Assembly: GCA_035627515.1 (NCBI GenBank)
Contig: DASPLQ010000012.1
Coordinates: 199,269 to 263,268 of the forward strand
Length of the DNA stretch: 64,000 nucleotides
Origin: Vitreimonas sp.
GTDB taxonomy: Bacteria > Patescibacteriota > Microgenomatia > UBA1400 > PJMF01
Direction of reading: 5' to 3'
Shown one piece after another: positions 17,846 to 28,296 of this stretch. The position numbers and the translations under genes were made by a program. The notes under the pieces were generated by a model. It ran no database searches. It was not told where the DNA came from and saw only the letters and a program-made list of their open reading frames with translations. Within the stretch, counting starts at the first letter, position 1. Each line of letters opens with the position of its first letter.

Positions 17846-18637
17846 TTATGATGGCAGGTACGGCACTTGGTTTTTGAAGGCCATTTTTGTCACCTGCTCT
17901 ACTACTTTGACGACTACTGCAGGATCAATTCCCGCTACGGCTAGTTTTTTTTTAGATAAAGTCTCGAAATTAGTGGCCTCCCAAACCGACAATACTTGAT
18001 CGGCTTGCTGATAAGTGAACCCCATCTCAGCTTCATCAGTTTGGCCGGCCCACAACTCAGCGGAAGGTGACTTAGTTTGAATGCTGACGGGCAACTCCAA
18101 GTACTCAGCCAATTGGCGAACTTGCGTTTTATATAAACCGGCAATCGGCTCCAAGTCCGAAGCTGCATCGCCAAAGCGAGTAAAATACCCCAAATAATGC
18201 TCAGATTTGTTTTCGGTGCCACACACTAGGGCTTGGTATTTTTTAGCCAAATCAAAGGTTACAATCATCCGGCACCGAGCCATAATATTGCCACGGCGGA
18301 AGTGATCCAGCTCCTCATCAGTGGCTTTACTCAAACTTTCCACACACACCTCCACCATAGCTTGAATGTTTATTTCGTGCCACTGTGCCACGGGAATATG
18401 ATTAAACTTCGCGACACTGTGACTATCAGCTACGGCTTGTTCGCCATAGGGTAAAAAGACCGGTCGGACATGTGCTGGTCCAATTGCTTGAGTTAAAAGC
18501 GTCAGAGACAAAGCGGAATCAATCCCTCCTGATACCGCAATTACCCCTGTGGTTTTAGCTTGTTTTTGAAAGGTAGTTCGGATAAAGCTGACTAACTCAG
18601 CGATCGTTTGACGTGGATGTGGAAGGTGAAGAGACAT
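17846..18637 (-). CDS. nadE: NH3-dependent NAD+ synthetase
   Basis: PP-loop GVIAVSGGIDSALSL and a NadE-like core. The track ORF extends to 18682; an internal start MSLHLP at 18637 reduces the overlap with nadD. Confidence 0.85.
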   Translation of the reverse strand: MSLHLPHPRQTIAELVSFIRTTFQKQAKTTGVIAVSGGIDSALSLTLLTQAIGPAHVRPVFLPYGEQAVADSHSVAKFNHIPVAQWHEINIQAMVEVCVESLSKATDEELDHFRRGNIMARCRMIVTFDLAKKYQALVCGTENKSEHYLGYFTRFGDAASDLEPIAGLYKTQVRQLAEYLELPVSIQTKSPSAELWAGQTDEAEMGFTYQQADQVLSVWEATNFETLSKKKLAVAGIDPAVVVKVVEQVTKMAFKNQVPYLPS

Positions 18638-19208
18638 ATAATTGATGGTCCCTAATATACTGGTCCACAGCAGGAAGGACAAGCTCCGAGATCGATTGAA
18701 AACTACTTAATCGTTCGCGAATTTCCGTCGATGAAACTCTCACCGAGGGAAAAGTGTTGAGCGGCACCATGTTCTCATATAAAGGTTCCATGGGAAAGCC
18801 CTCGCGGGGATAAACGTAAAATCGATATTTGAGTAACATCTCATGGACTGCTAGCCAGCGATGAAAACCTGCTAAATTATCCGAGCCAATCACAAATGAA
18901 AAGGTATGCTCAGGTGACCTTTGTGATACAAACTCCAGCGTATCATAGGTATAGTTAATACCCTCTTGTTGTAATTCATAGGGCTCAATCTTAACCTGCT
19001 CTGGCCACTGTTCTTGGTGAGCCGCCACCACTTCATCCAACATAGCCAGCCGATGCTCCACAGCGTTCATTTGTTTACCAAAGTGATGTTGCTTGACCGG
19101 CACGTACCAGACTTCATCTGCTACTTTCTGGTCGAGTAACTGCTCAGTGACTTGAAAATGGCCAAGGTGGGGAGGGTCAAAACTACCCCCAAACAGCACA
19201 ATCTGCAT
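18597..19208 (-). CDS. nadD: Nicotinate-nucleotide adenylyltransferase
   Basis: MQIVLFGGSFDPPHLGHF matches the (H/T)xGH nucleotidyltransferase motif of NadD. Confidence 0.85.
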   Translation of the reverse strand: MQIVLFGGSFDPPHLGHFQVTEQLLDQKVADEVWYVPVKQHHFGKQMNAVEHRLAMLDEVVAAHQEQWPEQVKIEPYELQQEGINYTYDTLEFVSQRSPEHTFSFVIGSDNLAGFHRWLAVHEMLLKYRFYVYPREGFPMEPLYENMVPLNTFPSVRVSSTEIRERLSSFQSISELVLPAVDQYIRDHQLYVSSPSTSTSNDR

Positions 19209-19229
19209 GGGGGTAAGTATAACGTATGT

Positions 19230-19766
19230 TTATTCCTCCGAGTCCTCCAAATCACTCATGATTGTCTCAGCTGCTTCCGTCAGTAATTCATCAGTCTCAC
19301 CTTCTTCGTCGAGGGTCATTTGCAAAATTTCTACTTGTTCATCATGCTCCATCATTTCTGCTAAGGTCCGGACAGTACCATAGCCGGCAATTTCATAATG
19401 CTCCACTTTTTGAGCTGCTGAAATCAGGGCCAAGTCGCGAATTGCCGATTTCCCCATAGTTTTGATCATCTCCTCGCCTTCACTAATCAAGCCCGCCATT
19501 CCTTTGCATTCTTTGCCTTCTGCCGGAAAATCTAATGTTGAGGCAATCTTTTGCAGGCGTTTGACGTGCTCCTCAGTTTGCGCCAAGTGATCTTGAAAAC
19601 CCTCACGTAGTTCGTCTGTATGAGCGGCGTCAGCCATTTTGGGCAAAGCCTTCACCAGCTGCAGTTCAGCACTGTAGAGATCTTGGACTTCTAAAATAAA
19701 TAAATCATGCAAAAAAGCATTTTTCATGACTTCCTTTCGTTGGTGGTTAGCAGTAGTAGCTGTCAC
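19230..19766 (-). CDS. Ferritin-like YciE/YciF (DUF892) family protein
   Basis: LFILEVQDLYSAELQLVKALPKMADAA...HLAQTEEHVKRLQKI...KVEHYEIAGYGTVRTLAE is the pattern of the DUF892 ferritin-like stress proteins. Confidence 0.6.
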   Translation of the reverse strand: MTATTANHQRKEVMKNAFLHDLFILEVQDLYSAELQLVKALPKMADAAHTDELREGFQDHLAQTEEHVKRLQKIASTLDFPAEGKECKGMAGLISEGEEMIKTMGKSAIRDLALISAAQKVEHYEIAGYGTVRTLAEMMEHDEQVEILQMTLDEEGETDELLTEAAETIMSDLEDSEE

Positions 19767-19837
19767 TAACCAGCCTGCAGTTTAAAAGTTAAATCTGTGA
19801 AATTAACCTGACTTGAGTAAGGAGGTCGTAAGAAAGC

Positions 19838-22084
19838 TTATTTTTTGGCGGAGCGCTTGGCAGGTTTTTTAGGTGCTTTTGATTTTTTTTGCTTAGTGGT
19901 AGCCTGAGCTTTAGATTTGGAACCTGAGGAGCTTTTCCCAGCCATCGTCTCTTTTTTCTTAGCAAACCGAGCTTGGCGCTCAGCCTTTTGCTGAGCCCAT
20001 TCTTCAGGAGTGACTCGTAGATTTAATTCCGGTTTTTTCCAACTGGCCCAATCGCAGTCAGGATAGCGACTACAACCAAAGAAAGACTTACCCCACCGAC
20101 TGTTTTTGACAATCACTTCACCTTGCTGACAGAGTGGGCAGTGCATGCCTTCCACTTTTTCGACAATATTCTCAGTAAAATCACACTCTGGGAAACGATT
20201 ACAGCTCTTAAACTTCCCAAACCGACCACTTCGAATCACCACCATGCCCCCATCAGCCTCACCACATTTGGGACACTTCTCACCTGTTTCCTCCACCGGA
20301 ATTTGGACACGCTCGGCGTCTTTAGTAACTTGAGCAATGGTTTTGGCTAACGGCGAGTAGAACTCTTTGATGACTTTGCGCCATTCTTTTTCGCCTCGAG
20401 AAATACGGTCTAAATCTTCCTCCATCTCGGCTGTGAAGTCGTACTCCATAAACACTGGAAAATGCTGTTGTAAAAATTCACTGACAGTCATACCAATTTG
20501 AGTCGCCACGAAGCGTTTATCCAATCGCTCTACATAGCCACGATCTTCAATCACCGAAATAATTGAAGCATAGGTACTGGGGCGACCAATACCTCGCTTT
20601 TCCAGCTCTTTGACCAGTGAGGCATCATTATAACGAGGGGGTGGTTGGGTAAACTTCTGAGCAGCATGACGATCAACAAAATCTAAAGATTGGCTATCTT
20701 TAACTTCTGGCAATAAGGTGTCATCGCTGGCACTAAATAATTTCATCCAGCCATCAAAGCGCAACACTGAACCATTAGCTCGCAATAGATAATGACTGGC
20801 TTGGTGATCAGCTTGAATGGTGATCGCTGTTTGATCGTAAATAGCTGAGTTCATTTGACTTGCCAAAAAGCGACGCCAGATTAAATCATATAACTTCTCA
20901 TGCCGCTCAGTAAATTTACTGCTTTGGTGACGGATGGCTGAAGGCGGGAAACTGACATTGGTGACCCGGATAGCTTCGTGCGCTTCTTGAGCATTTTTAG
21001 ATTTAGTGGCAAAGTAACGAGGTTTTTCTGGTAAATATGCCTGACCAAATTCTTTATGAATGTAGGTACGAGCCATCTCGACTGATTGCGTTGATAAATT
21101 AAAAGAGTCTGTCCGATGATACGTGATTAAACCTTCTTCATATAACTGTTGAGCCAAGGTCATGGTTTGTTTGCTGGTAAAACCTAAGCGCGTGGCCGCA
21201 GCTTGCTGCAATGTGGAGGTAGTAAAAGGCGGCAAGCTTGAACGTTCGCGTGATTTTTTCTCGATGCCATTCACTCGATAACTAGCCACCTCTAGATCGG
21301 CCAGTACGGGTTGGACGTGCTCGGCTGTGGTTGGCTCATATTTTTTGCCATTGGCTTCAGTCACACGAGCAACTAATAATGAAGTCGGCAAACCTTGTTT
21401 TTCCAGTTCCGCCCGGTGGTCGCGGAAGCTCAACCCGTTGATTGTTGTACCAAGCTTGGCTCCTACGGCAGTGTTCAATAAAACATCCAGCTCCCAATAC
21501 TCTTCTGCTACAAAAACGGCAATTTCGCGTTCGCGCTCCACGATCAAGCGCAAAGCTACTGACTGCACCCGACCAGCAGATAAACCTCGACGAACTTTTT
21601 TCCACAACACTGGGGAAACTTGATAGCCTACTAAGCGGTCTACCACCCGACGAGCCTGCTGAGCATTGACGAGTTCCAAAGACACTTGTGCCGGCTTATT
21701 AATGGCCTCTAGTACTGCTGATTTGGTGATTTCATGAAAAGTCGCCCGTTGAAAGCGGCGAGCCTCTCCCCCTGTTTTACCTTTTTTACTCTCACTTAAT
21801 AAATGTTGAATATGCCAGGCGATTGCCTCACCTTCACGGTCAGGGTCAGTAGCTAAATAAATAATTTCTGCTTTAGCTGCCAGATCTTGTAATTTAGTGA
21901 CCACCTTTTTTTTATCGGGATCTACTACATATTTAGGCTCAAAATCATGTTCTAAATCGATGCCGAGTTCTTTTTTCGGCAAGTCACGCACGTGCCCCAC
22001 CGAAGCTTCAATCGCGTACTCTTTACCTAAGTACTCAGATAGCTTGCGGGCTTTGGTAGGTGACTCAACAATCACTAACTTCAT
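19838..22084 (-). CDS. topA: DNA topoisomerase I (type IA) with C-terminal zinc ribbons and a Lys-rich tail
   Basis: TOPRIM start MKLVIVESPTKARKL, active-site region with Tyr, and C4 ribbons CPKCGE...C and CPLCQQG...C. The track ORF starts 93 nt upstream at 22177. Confidence 0.9.
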   Translation of the reverse strand: MKLVIVESPTKARKLSEYLGKEYAIEASVGHVRDLPKKELGIDLEHDFEPKYVVDPDKKKVVTKLQDLAAKAEIIYLATDPDREGEAIAWHIQHLLSESKKGKTGGEARRFQRATFHEITKSAVLEAINKPAQVSLELVNAQQARRVVDRLVGYQVSPVLWKKVRRGLSAGRVQSVALRLIVEREREIAVFVAEEYWELDVLLNTAVGAKLGTTINGLSFRDHRAELEKQGLPTSLLVARVTEANGKKYEPTTAEHVQPVLADLEVASYRVNGIEKKSRERSSLPPFTTSTLQQAAATRLGFTSKQTMTLAQQLYEEGLITYHRTDSFNLSTQSVEMARTYIHKEFGQAYLPEKPRYFATKSKNAQEAHEAIRVTNVSFPPSAIRHQSSKFTERHEKLYDLIWRRFLASQMNSAIYDQTAITIQADHQASHYLLRANGSVLRFDGWMKLFSASDDTLLPEVKDSQSLDFVDRHAAQKFTQPPPRYNDASLVKELEKRGIGRPSTYASIISVIEDRGYVERLDKRFVATQIGMTVSEFLQQHFPVFMEYDFTAEMEEDLDRISRGEKEWRKVIKEFYSPLAKTIAQVTKDAERVQIPVEETGEKCPKCGEADGGMVVIRSGRFGKFKSCNRFPECDFTENIVEKVEGMHCPLCQQGEVIVKNSRWGKSFFGCSRYPDCDWASWKKPELNLRVTPEEWAQQKAERQARFAKKKETMAGKSSSGSKSKAQATTKQKKSKAPKKPAKRSAKK

Positions 22085-22142
22085 ATATTTTTCTAACTTT
22101 CGGTTGTGCAGTAAGCCTACACAAACCGCGCTCCATTGTACA

Positions 22143-23264
22143 CTATCTGGGAAGCCATACGTCTCTAGACTTTTCAATTATGCCCTTTAATTCTAGATTA
22201 GTGACCACCATAGCGACCTCAGCAGCTGACTTATTTACTACCTCGCATAACCCATCAATATCTAGACCCTCTAAACTCTGATGTAAGGCTAAATAAATTT
22301 GTTGTTCTGCGTCATTTAACAAGGCTAAGATATTTTTGATACTGATTTTCTTGGTAATTCTCAGTTCGCCACTATCTAATGATAAGTCCTTGATATCTTT
22401 AATCAAATCTTCAGCTTGATTGATCAGAGTGGCTCCCTCACTTAGTAACTTGCGCGTTCCTTCCGCTTGCGTGCTCATAAACGGCGCCGCAATTGCTCCC
22501 ACCGTACGCCCGTACCGCAACGCTGCTTGAGCCGTATTTAAACTACCACTTGGAAACCCAGCTTCAGTCACCACTACGCCCTGTGATAAGCCTGCAATGA
22601 TACGATTTCGTTGCAGAAAAGTGTATTTGGCTCCACCGAGCCACGGCGCAAATTCAGAAATAATAGCTCCCCCCTCCGCAATAATTTTCTCAGCTAAAAC
22701 AGCGTCGCTGGTTTTAATTCTCTGATGACCGTGCCCTAGCACAGCAACTGTTTTGAGACCATTGCTAAGACTGGCTTGATGCGCCACTTTATCCACACCA
22801 TACATAAAACCAGAGACAATACAGGGCTGATAGACAGCTAAGGCTGTGACCAGTTGGGTGGTGACTCTCTTTCCATAACTAGTAATTTTGCGTGTACCTA
22901 CAATTCCCAGTGATAAGGATTTTAAAGTTGTCAGGTCGCCTTGGAAAAATAACACTAAAGGTTTGTCGTTGCAGTACTCTAAAAAGTGCGGGTAATCAGC
23001 ATCTCCAGCTGCTACATACTTGAGTTGTTGCTGATGGAGATATTCGTGAAAACTGCCAATCGAAAACTTTTTTTTGAGCCGCTGCAGGTGAAAAAAAGTG
23101 GTCTCAGACAACTCCAATCTTAACCATTGGCTATAGCGAAGGTTAATTAATTCCGGCCAACTCAAACTGCGAGCCGCCAGAACTTTTTCAACTTTATCAA
23201 TACTCCCAAAATTATTTTGGCTGCTGACAAAAAAAATTAAAGCTGATTTATGAGTAACTGTCAC
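22143..23264 (-). CDS. dprA: DNA processing protein DprA/Smf
   Basis: Rossmann-like core IVGTRKITSYGKRVTTQL...VSGFMYGVDKVAHQASL...TVAVLGHG matches DprA. Confidence 0.8.
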   Translation of the reverse strand: MTVTHKSALIFFVSSQNNFGSIDKVEKVLAARSLSWPELINLRYSQWLRLELSETTFFHLQRLKKKFSIGSFHEYLHQQQLKYVAAGDADYPHFLEYCNDKPLVLFFQGDLTTLKSLSLGIVGTRKITSYGKRVTTQLVTALAVYQPCIVSGFMYGVDKVAHQASLSNGLKTVAVLGHGHQRIKTSDAVLAEKIIAEGGAIISEFAPWLGGAKYTFLQRNRIIAGLSQGVVVTEAGFPSGSLNTAQAALRYGRTVGAIAAPFMSTQAEGTRKLLSEGATLINQAEDLIKDIKDLSLDSGELRITKKISIKNILALLNDAEQQIYLALHQSLEGLDIDGLCEVVNKSAAEVAMVVTNLELKGIIEKSRDVWLPR

Positions 23265-23331
23265 TGCGCTAGTGTAAGCTACTAACCTTACATAAACTGT
23301 AGCGCGAAGTAACTCACTCTCAGCAGGTGGC

Positions 23332-25200
23332 TTATCTCATTCCATCCCAAATTTTTTTCACCACTGGCCCGGCATCTCGGGATCCCTCTTTGAACTTATT
23401 TTGATCATCACTTTCCACTAAAGCAATCATCACTAATCGTTGTGGAAAGCCATGTTTGGCAACGTGTTGTTGCCATTGAACTTTGCTCATTGGTTCTTTG
23501 ATCTGTCTACTTTTACCCATCACAGGCGACTCAGTTGCACTCTCTGCTTCCGCTGAAGGTGACAACGTTTCACCCACCTCATTTGCAACTGAGTTGCTTA
23601 TGGGCGGAGCTAAAATTGCTGCAAACCAGCCATGGGTTTTGCGATAACCTTTTTCATCGGTGCCACCAAATTCTGCGGTCCCCGTTTTACAGGCCACAGC
23701 CTTGGCAGCAAAAGCGTCATCAATTGTTTGCCCCTCACTGCGCACCTGACCATTGTGCTCAAAAAAAGGAAAGGCAGTTCCTCCAGGACTACACGCATCC
23801 AGCATTCCTCTCAATATTAACTCTAAATGTTCGGGCTGCACGCTGAGCTCTCGGCACTTAGGCACGTCACCTTGCACAAAGTAAGGCGCACACAAAACCC
23901 CATTATTCGCCAGAGCTTGCACCATTTGTGCTGCTTGCAACGGCGAGAGCAGTAAATCACCCTGTCCAATGCCCATGTGATACGTGTTTCCTAGATACCA
24001 CCGTTCCCCAATCACGCTTTCTTTCCAAGCAGTATCTGGCACCAAACCTGCCGCTTCAGCAAAGACTCCACTACCAGGCGAAACGCCCAAACCAAACCGG
24101 CGAGCCATCGCCGCTACGTTGTCAGGACCAGCCCACTCAGCAGCTTTATAGAAAAATATGTCATTACTCCGCGCTAGAGCTCGAACTACTGATATCGGAC
24201 CTTCGGTGCGCCCAAATTGAGTGAAGTACCAATTGCGGTATTCATACTCACCCACTCTTAAAACACCCTCATCAACCACAGTGGTGTTGGCATCCATTTG
24301 TCCTGATTCTAACCCCGCTAATGCCGTAATCATTTTGAAAATCGACCCCGGTGGGTAAGCGCCACTGGCTACCCGATTAAAAAATAATTGGCGTTCATCA
24401 TCAAACATTGCCTGGATTTTGGTTTGGCGCTCAGCTTTTAAGTTGGGAGTACTAGGAACAATTGACATGACATTGGCGTCGAAACTGGGCTTACTAACCA
24501 AAGCTAAGACTGCACCAGAAGTAGCATCGGCAATCACCACTGCTCCTTTTTGGTCACCTAAAGCCTGGTAAGCTAAGTCAGATAAATAAGGATCAAGCGT
24601 GGTTTGTAAGTCTTGGCCTGCTTGCGCCTCTACACGTTTGACAGCACGCTGACGCTCACCGAGCGCATTAACTTCATACACCACACTCCCACTTACACCA
24701 TGTAGTTGTTGATCATACTTTTTTTCCAAGCCCAACTTGCCTACTTGATCTTGAATATGTAAAAAAGAATTAGCTATCAATTCTTCTCGATTGACAGCTC
24801 CTACATACCCCACTACCGCTGACAACGCTTCGGGATAAACATACCAGCGGTGCGACTCCACAGCCACCTTACCTGAGTCACTTGCCATGACTCGTAAGGC
24901 CTCCTCACGTGACAATGGCTGACCTTGTTGATGCCAAGTTGAGTCACTATCCAACTCAATATACTCACGACCATTTAAAGCTAGTGCCTGACCATAGCGA
25001 TCAAGAATCACACCTCTATCAGCTGGCAATCGATCCGTAAAATGCCGATTGTTATTTGCCCGCACCAAAAAGGCTGCTCCACGCACAATTTGGACATCTA
25101 ATAATCTGAGCAACAAAGCAGCAAAGAGACTTAACACTGCTGCGATAATTAGTGTAAACCGAAAAGAAAGGCTGGTAGTGATTAAATGGTTTTTCGCCAT
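23332..25200 (-). CDS. mrdA: Penicillin-binding protein 2 (elongasome transpeptidase)
   Basis: N-terminal TM helix, SxxK (SIFKMITALAG), SxN (RSNDIFFY) and KTGT (ACKTGTAEF) motifs. Confidence 0.85.
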   Translation of the reverse strand: MAKNHLITTSLSFRFTLIIAAVLSLFAALLLRLLDVQIVRGAAFLVRANNNRHFTDRLPADRGVILDRYGQALALNGREYIELDSDSTWHQQGQPLSREEALRVMASDSGKVAVESHRWYVYPEALSAVVGYVGAVNREELIANSFLHIQDQVGKLGLEKKYDQQLHGVSGSVVYEVNALGERQRAVKRVEAQAGQDLQTTLDPYLSDLAYQALGDQKGAVVIADATSGAVLALVSKPSFDANVMSIVPSTPNLKAERQTKIQAMFDDERQLFFNRVASGAYPPGSIFKMITALAGLESGQMDANTTVVDEGVLRVGEYEYRNWYFTQFGRTEGPISVVRALARSNDIFFYKAAEWAGPDNVAAMARRFGLGVSPGSGVFAEAAGLVPDTAWKESVIGERWYLGNTYHMGIGQGDLLLSPLQAAQMVQALANNGVLCAPYFVQGDVPKCRELSVQPEHLELILRGMLDACSPGGTAFPFFEHNGQVRSEGQTIDDAFAAKAVACKTGTAEFGGTDEKGYRKTHGWFAAILAPPISNSVANEVGETLSPSAEAESATESPVMGKSRQIKEPMSKVQWQQHVAKHGFPQRLVMIALVESDDQNKFKEGSRDAGPVVKKIWDGMR

Positions 25201-25643
25201 CGCAAATGAGTGGCTCGTCGCTGCTCCCAAAATAAGAAACCTTTATTAATAGTGATCATGGCCACAAAACTTAAACCATAAATAACCAGACTCATCCATG
25301 GCAGAGCTGCCCATACTATCGGTATTAATATCAAACTTGCTACCCCTACCCCAGCCAACATCTTTAAGGTCTCACTCCTCATCACCTGGTCACCATATAA
25401 CATCACCCCGATCAACCACAAACTACTTCCCATACCCCACCAAAATGGTACGCGATACACCACTGCAAGCAACCATCCTACCCACACTACCGCTGCTACT
25501 TGAGCTGAAGATGATTTAAAGTTGGCTAGCCAGACACTACTAACTGCCAAAAAAAATACTGGCAGTCCCCACACCCGCTCCAAGGAAATTAACACTCCTA
25601 GACCGCAGGCAATTATCAGCTGTTTAAAAAAATGCTCAGCCAT
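25182..25643 (-). CDS. mreD: Rod shape-determining protein MreD (putative)
   Basis: 153-aa polytopic membrane protein placed between mreC and mrdA. Confidence 0.45.
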   Translation of the reverse strand: MAEHFFKQLIIACGLGVLISLERVWGLPVFFLAVSSVWLANFKSSSAQVAAVVWVGWLLAVVYRVPFWWGMGSSLWLIGVMLYGDQVMRSETLKMLAGVGVASLILIPIVWAALPWMSLVIYGLSFVAMITINKGFLFWEQRRATHLRWRKTI

Positions 25644-25653
25644 ATTCTTCTCT

Positions 25654-26436
25654 TTATTTAATCTCCACTACTCGGGCGTCATAAAATGAAACCACCTGAT
25701 TAATAATTGCCACTTTTACCGGTGACGCTGGGACCGACCGAATAGCCGCAACTTGACCGATAAAAATATCTCGTTTAATGCCTACTTGTCCTAACGTGAC
25801 TACTTTCTCACCCACTTGAACATCAGCTTCGATAGGGATTTCTGTCAATAAAATTTGACGGCCATCACCTTTAAGCAAGCCTTCCACTCCGCTCTGAGTT
25901 GTAGCTAACACCGGCGGGTGTTCACTAGAGTTCAAGAGTACGACCTGACTTTGGTGTTCACTGACTGACTCAATGCTGCCCACCAAATTACTATTCACTA
26001 ACACCATTTGCCCAGGGTGAATGTTTTCTCTATCACCAGCTGCCACGGCTGGAACACTAAGCGACAAAATCGGTGTCGCCACCGTCGCAGGCTCTAAATT
26101 ACGATCAGTATTTTCTAAGAGCTGCTTCAACGCTTGGTTTTCATCACGTAAACCTTCTAATTCCGCCAGCTGAGCGACGGCTTCGCTATACCGTTGTTCC
26201 AGATCTTGAATCCGGCGCGCGCTTTTGTAAGCATCACGCGTCATTTCAAATGGTGACAACACCACTTGTACTGCTTGATAACTTATATGCTGGACAGGCA
26301 CCATCAATTGTTCTCCAACTGCCCGCACCGGAGCTAATAACCCCACACTCTCTACCACCACTAATACCACCCAGCCCACTAGCCACGGTAGTTTCTGTGT
26401 ATACTCTGTTGAGTGGGCCAATTTAATTTGTGCCAT
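25654..26436 (-). CDS. mreC: Rod shape-determining protein MreC
   Basis: N-terminal TM anchor, coiled-coil segment (LEQRYSEAVAQLAELEGLRDENQALKQLLE), then beta-rich domains, directly after the mreB-like gene. Confidence 0.65.
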   Translation of the reverse strand: MAQIKLAHSTEYTQKLPWLVGWVVLVVVESVGLLAPVRAVGEQLMVPVQHISYQAVQVVLSPFEMTRDAYKSARRIQDLEQRYSEAVAQLAELEGLRDENQALKQLLENTDRNLEPATVATPILSLSVPAVAAGDRENIHPGQMVLVNSNLVGSIESVSEHQSQVVLLNSSEHPPVLATTQSGVEGLLKGDGRQILLTEIPIEADVQVGEKVVTLGQVGIKRDIFIGQVAAIRSVPASPVKVAIINQVVSFYDARVVEIK

Positions 26437-26437
26437 A

Positions 26438-27472
26438 TCATGTTACATCCTGTAAACCTAAGACAATATCGTCATAGGGTGTGGGCGAAAAACAAGCTTG
26501 TGAACGCAACTCAGATGCAATCACTCCACCCAACCCGCTCAGTAAACTACCTCCGCCACTAAAGAAGATACCATTCTCTAATGATGACGCCACCAACTCG
26601 GCCGGTGCCTGAGAAAAAACCGCTTTCATTTCTGTAATTAATTCCTTCGTTAAAGTTTGAAACGCCTGACCCAAATCTTGGCTGGATACTTGTGCTGTCA
26701 GCGGCAAATTGGTTATTAAGTCTTTGCCCCGGACCACCATCTTTTTGTCGGGAATCTTATATTCTTTATCCCATGGTGTGAGCAAACCGACGCTGATTTT
26801 GACCTTTTCCGCTGTTTGGTGACTAATTAAACAATTATGCTTAGTACGGACTAAATCTTGGACTAAAGTGGTGTACTCCTCACCACCTATCTGCAGAGTT
26901 TTAGCTAACACAATTTCTTGACCAACAAAGAAACAAACTTCAATAGTGTTACCACCAATATCGATGGCAATTAAGCTAGCTTGAGTATGCGCCGGACGCT
27001 TTAAACGAGCCAAGATAGCCTGAGGCTTACTGATCAGCTGGACATGCTGAGCTCCTGCCTGCGTTAACACCTCTTGAAACGTTGCTTTTTCCATCGGGGT
27101 GGCTTGAGCGGGGTAGACACAATGTAAGTTCAAGGGTGATAACATTTCCCAAGCCGTATGGTGACGAACATGAGCCACTAGAGCTTCTAGATAAGCTTGA
27201 GCCAGCTGAGGATGACGAATCACGCCTCGAGTGACAGGAAACTCAGTCTTAATGTTTTCCCCTGTCTTACCTTGTAATCCTAACGCCTTGTCTCCCCAGG
27301 TAATTACCGCCTGCTCGCTCGGTTGATACGTGACACAAGTTGGAATCCGCCACAACTGTTTAGGCCCTGCTACACACTTTGTGCTTACAGACCCAAAATC
27401 AAGATACAGATGATGTGCGCGTAACGGGGTAACTCGTGCAAACCGTTCCCACAATCGGCCGAAGCGACTCAT
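26438..27472 (-). CDS. mreB: Divergent actin-like ATPase, MreB-like
   Basis: Phosphate/adenosine motifs LDFGSVSTK, IAIDIGGNTIEVCF and FFSGGGSLLSGLGGVI, found in an mreBCD-mrdA arrangement. Confidence 0.6.
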   Translation of the reverse strand: MSRFGRLWERFARVTPLRAHHLYLDFGSVSTKCVAGPKQLWRIPTCVTYQPSEQAVITWGDKALGLQGKTGENIKTEFPVTRGVIRHPQLAQAYLEALVAHVRHHTAWEMLSPLNLHCVYPAQATPMEKATFQEVLTQAGAQHVQLISKPQAILARLKRPAHTQASLIAIDIGGNTIEVCFFVGQEIVLAKTLQIGGEEYTTLVQDLVRTKHNCLISHQTAEKVKISVGLLTPWDKEYKIPDKKMVVRGKDLITNLPLTAQVSSQDLGQAFQTLTKELITEMKAVFSQAPAELVASSLENGIFFSGGGSLLSGLGGVIASELRSQACFSPTPYDDIVLGLQDVT

Positions 27473-27503
27473 AGTGGGTACCAGAATACCATACTTGGCA
27501 GGT

Positions 27504-28151
27504 TTACTTAATAGCGTTCAGGACTTCTGCTGCATCACGCCATTGATCGTCATTGATGAGTTGTTCAGCTTGATCTAATTGACCTAAAGCCCCAGGATTG
27601 CCTGCAAAGTATTGGCGCATACCATTGATGCGTTCACGAACCATGTCTTCTTTCAGCTCTAAAGCTTTTTCGAGCATGATTTCTTCTAAATCAGGAATCA
27701 ATTTGCTTAAATACGTAATCATCTCTTCTTGGCGCTGAACTTCAGTGACGTCTTTTTTGAGCATCATTTTCTTCAGCTCATCCAGCTCTTCTTCGGTGAC
27801 TAATAACTCCACGTCTTTTTCTAAAAAGTCCTCCCAGATTACTTGTTGGAGTTCATCTAAAAAGGCTTCCTTATCTTCGTCAGAGCCATCCATGACGCCT
27901 AAGAGATGAAAAATGTTTTGATCTTCGAGCGCTTGTGAAATTGTCGGCCGTGGGGCATCACCATTAGGTGTAGCGGGTTGAGCCATGTCTGTTGGTGGAG
28001 CCATATCTATAGGAGCTGGTGAGTGGCCGGGAGTGGCTGTAGTTGGTTGAACTGGGGCTGCAGCACTAGTAGGTGGCATGTAATCATCGACATATGAAGG
28101 CGAAGTTGTCTGAGGCGTGGTACTTGATGAGGGGGCAGAAAAATCGTTCAT
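27504..28151 (-). CDS. Hypothetical protein with a Pro/Thr/Ala-rich N-terminus and an acidic helical C-terminus
   Basis: 215-aa ORF immediately upstream of the mreB-like gene on the same strand. Confidence 0.45.
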   Translation of the reverse strand: MNDFSAPSSSTTPQTTSPSYVDDYMPPTSAAAPVQPTTATPGHSPAPIDMAPPTDMAQPATPNGDAPRPTISQALEDQNIFHLLGVMDGSDEDKEAFLDELQQVIWEDFLEKDVELLVTEEELDELKKMMLKKDVTEVQRQEEMITYLSKLIPDLEEIMLEKALELKEDMVRERINGMRQYFAGNPGALGQLDQAEQLINDDQWRDAAEVLNAIK

Positions 28152-28296
28152 GAGTTCCTTTTATATGCGTGAGTATCAAGTTACTATAGCAAGATTTACA
28201 AAAAGTGAACACGCGAAAAAGAACCGAAAATTAAAGATGGAAATGACCCTCAGCCTCCTCTATTCAAGATCATATCCCAACCAGTATACTTAGCCG

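Noticed and set aside
19838-20100. Lys-rich C-terminal tail and multiple zinc ribbons of TopA as unusual
   Set aside because: C-terminal zinc-ribbon repeats and basic tails are common in bacterial type IA topoisomerases and are not noteworthy.
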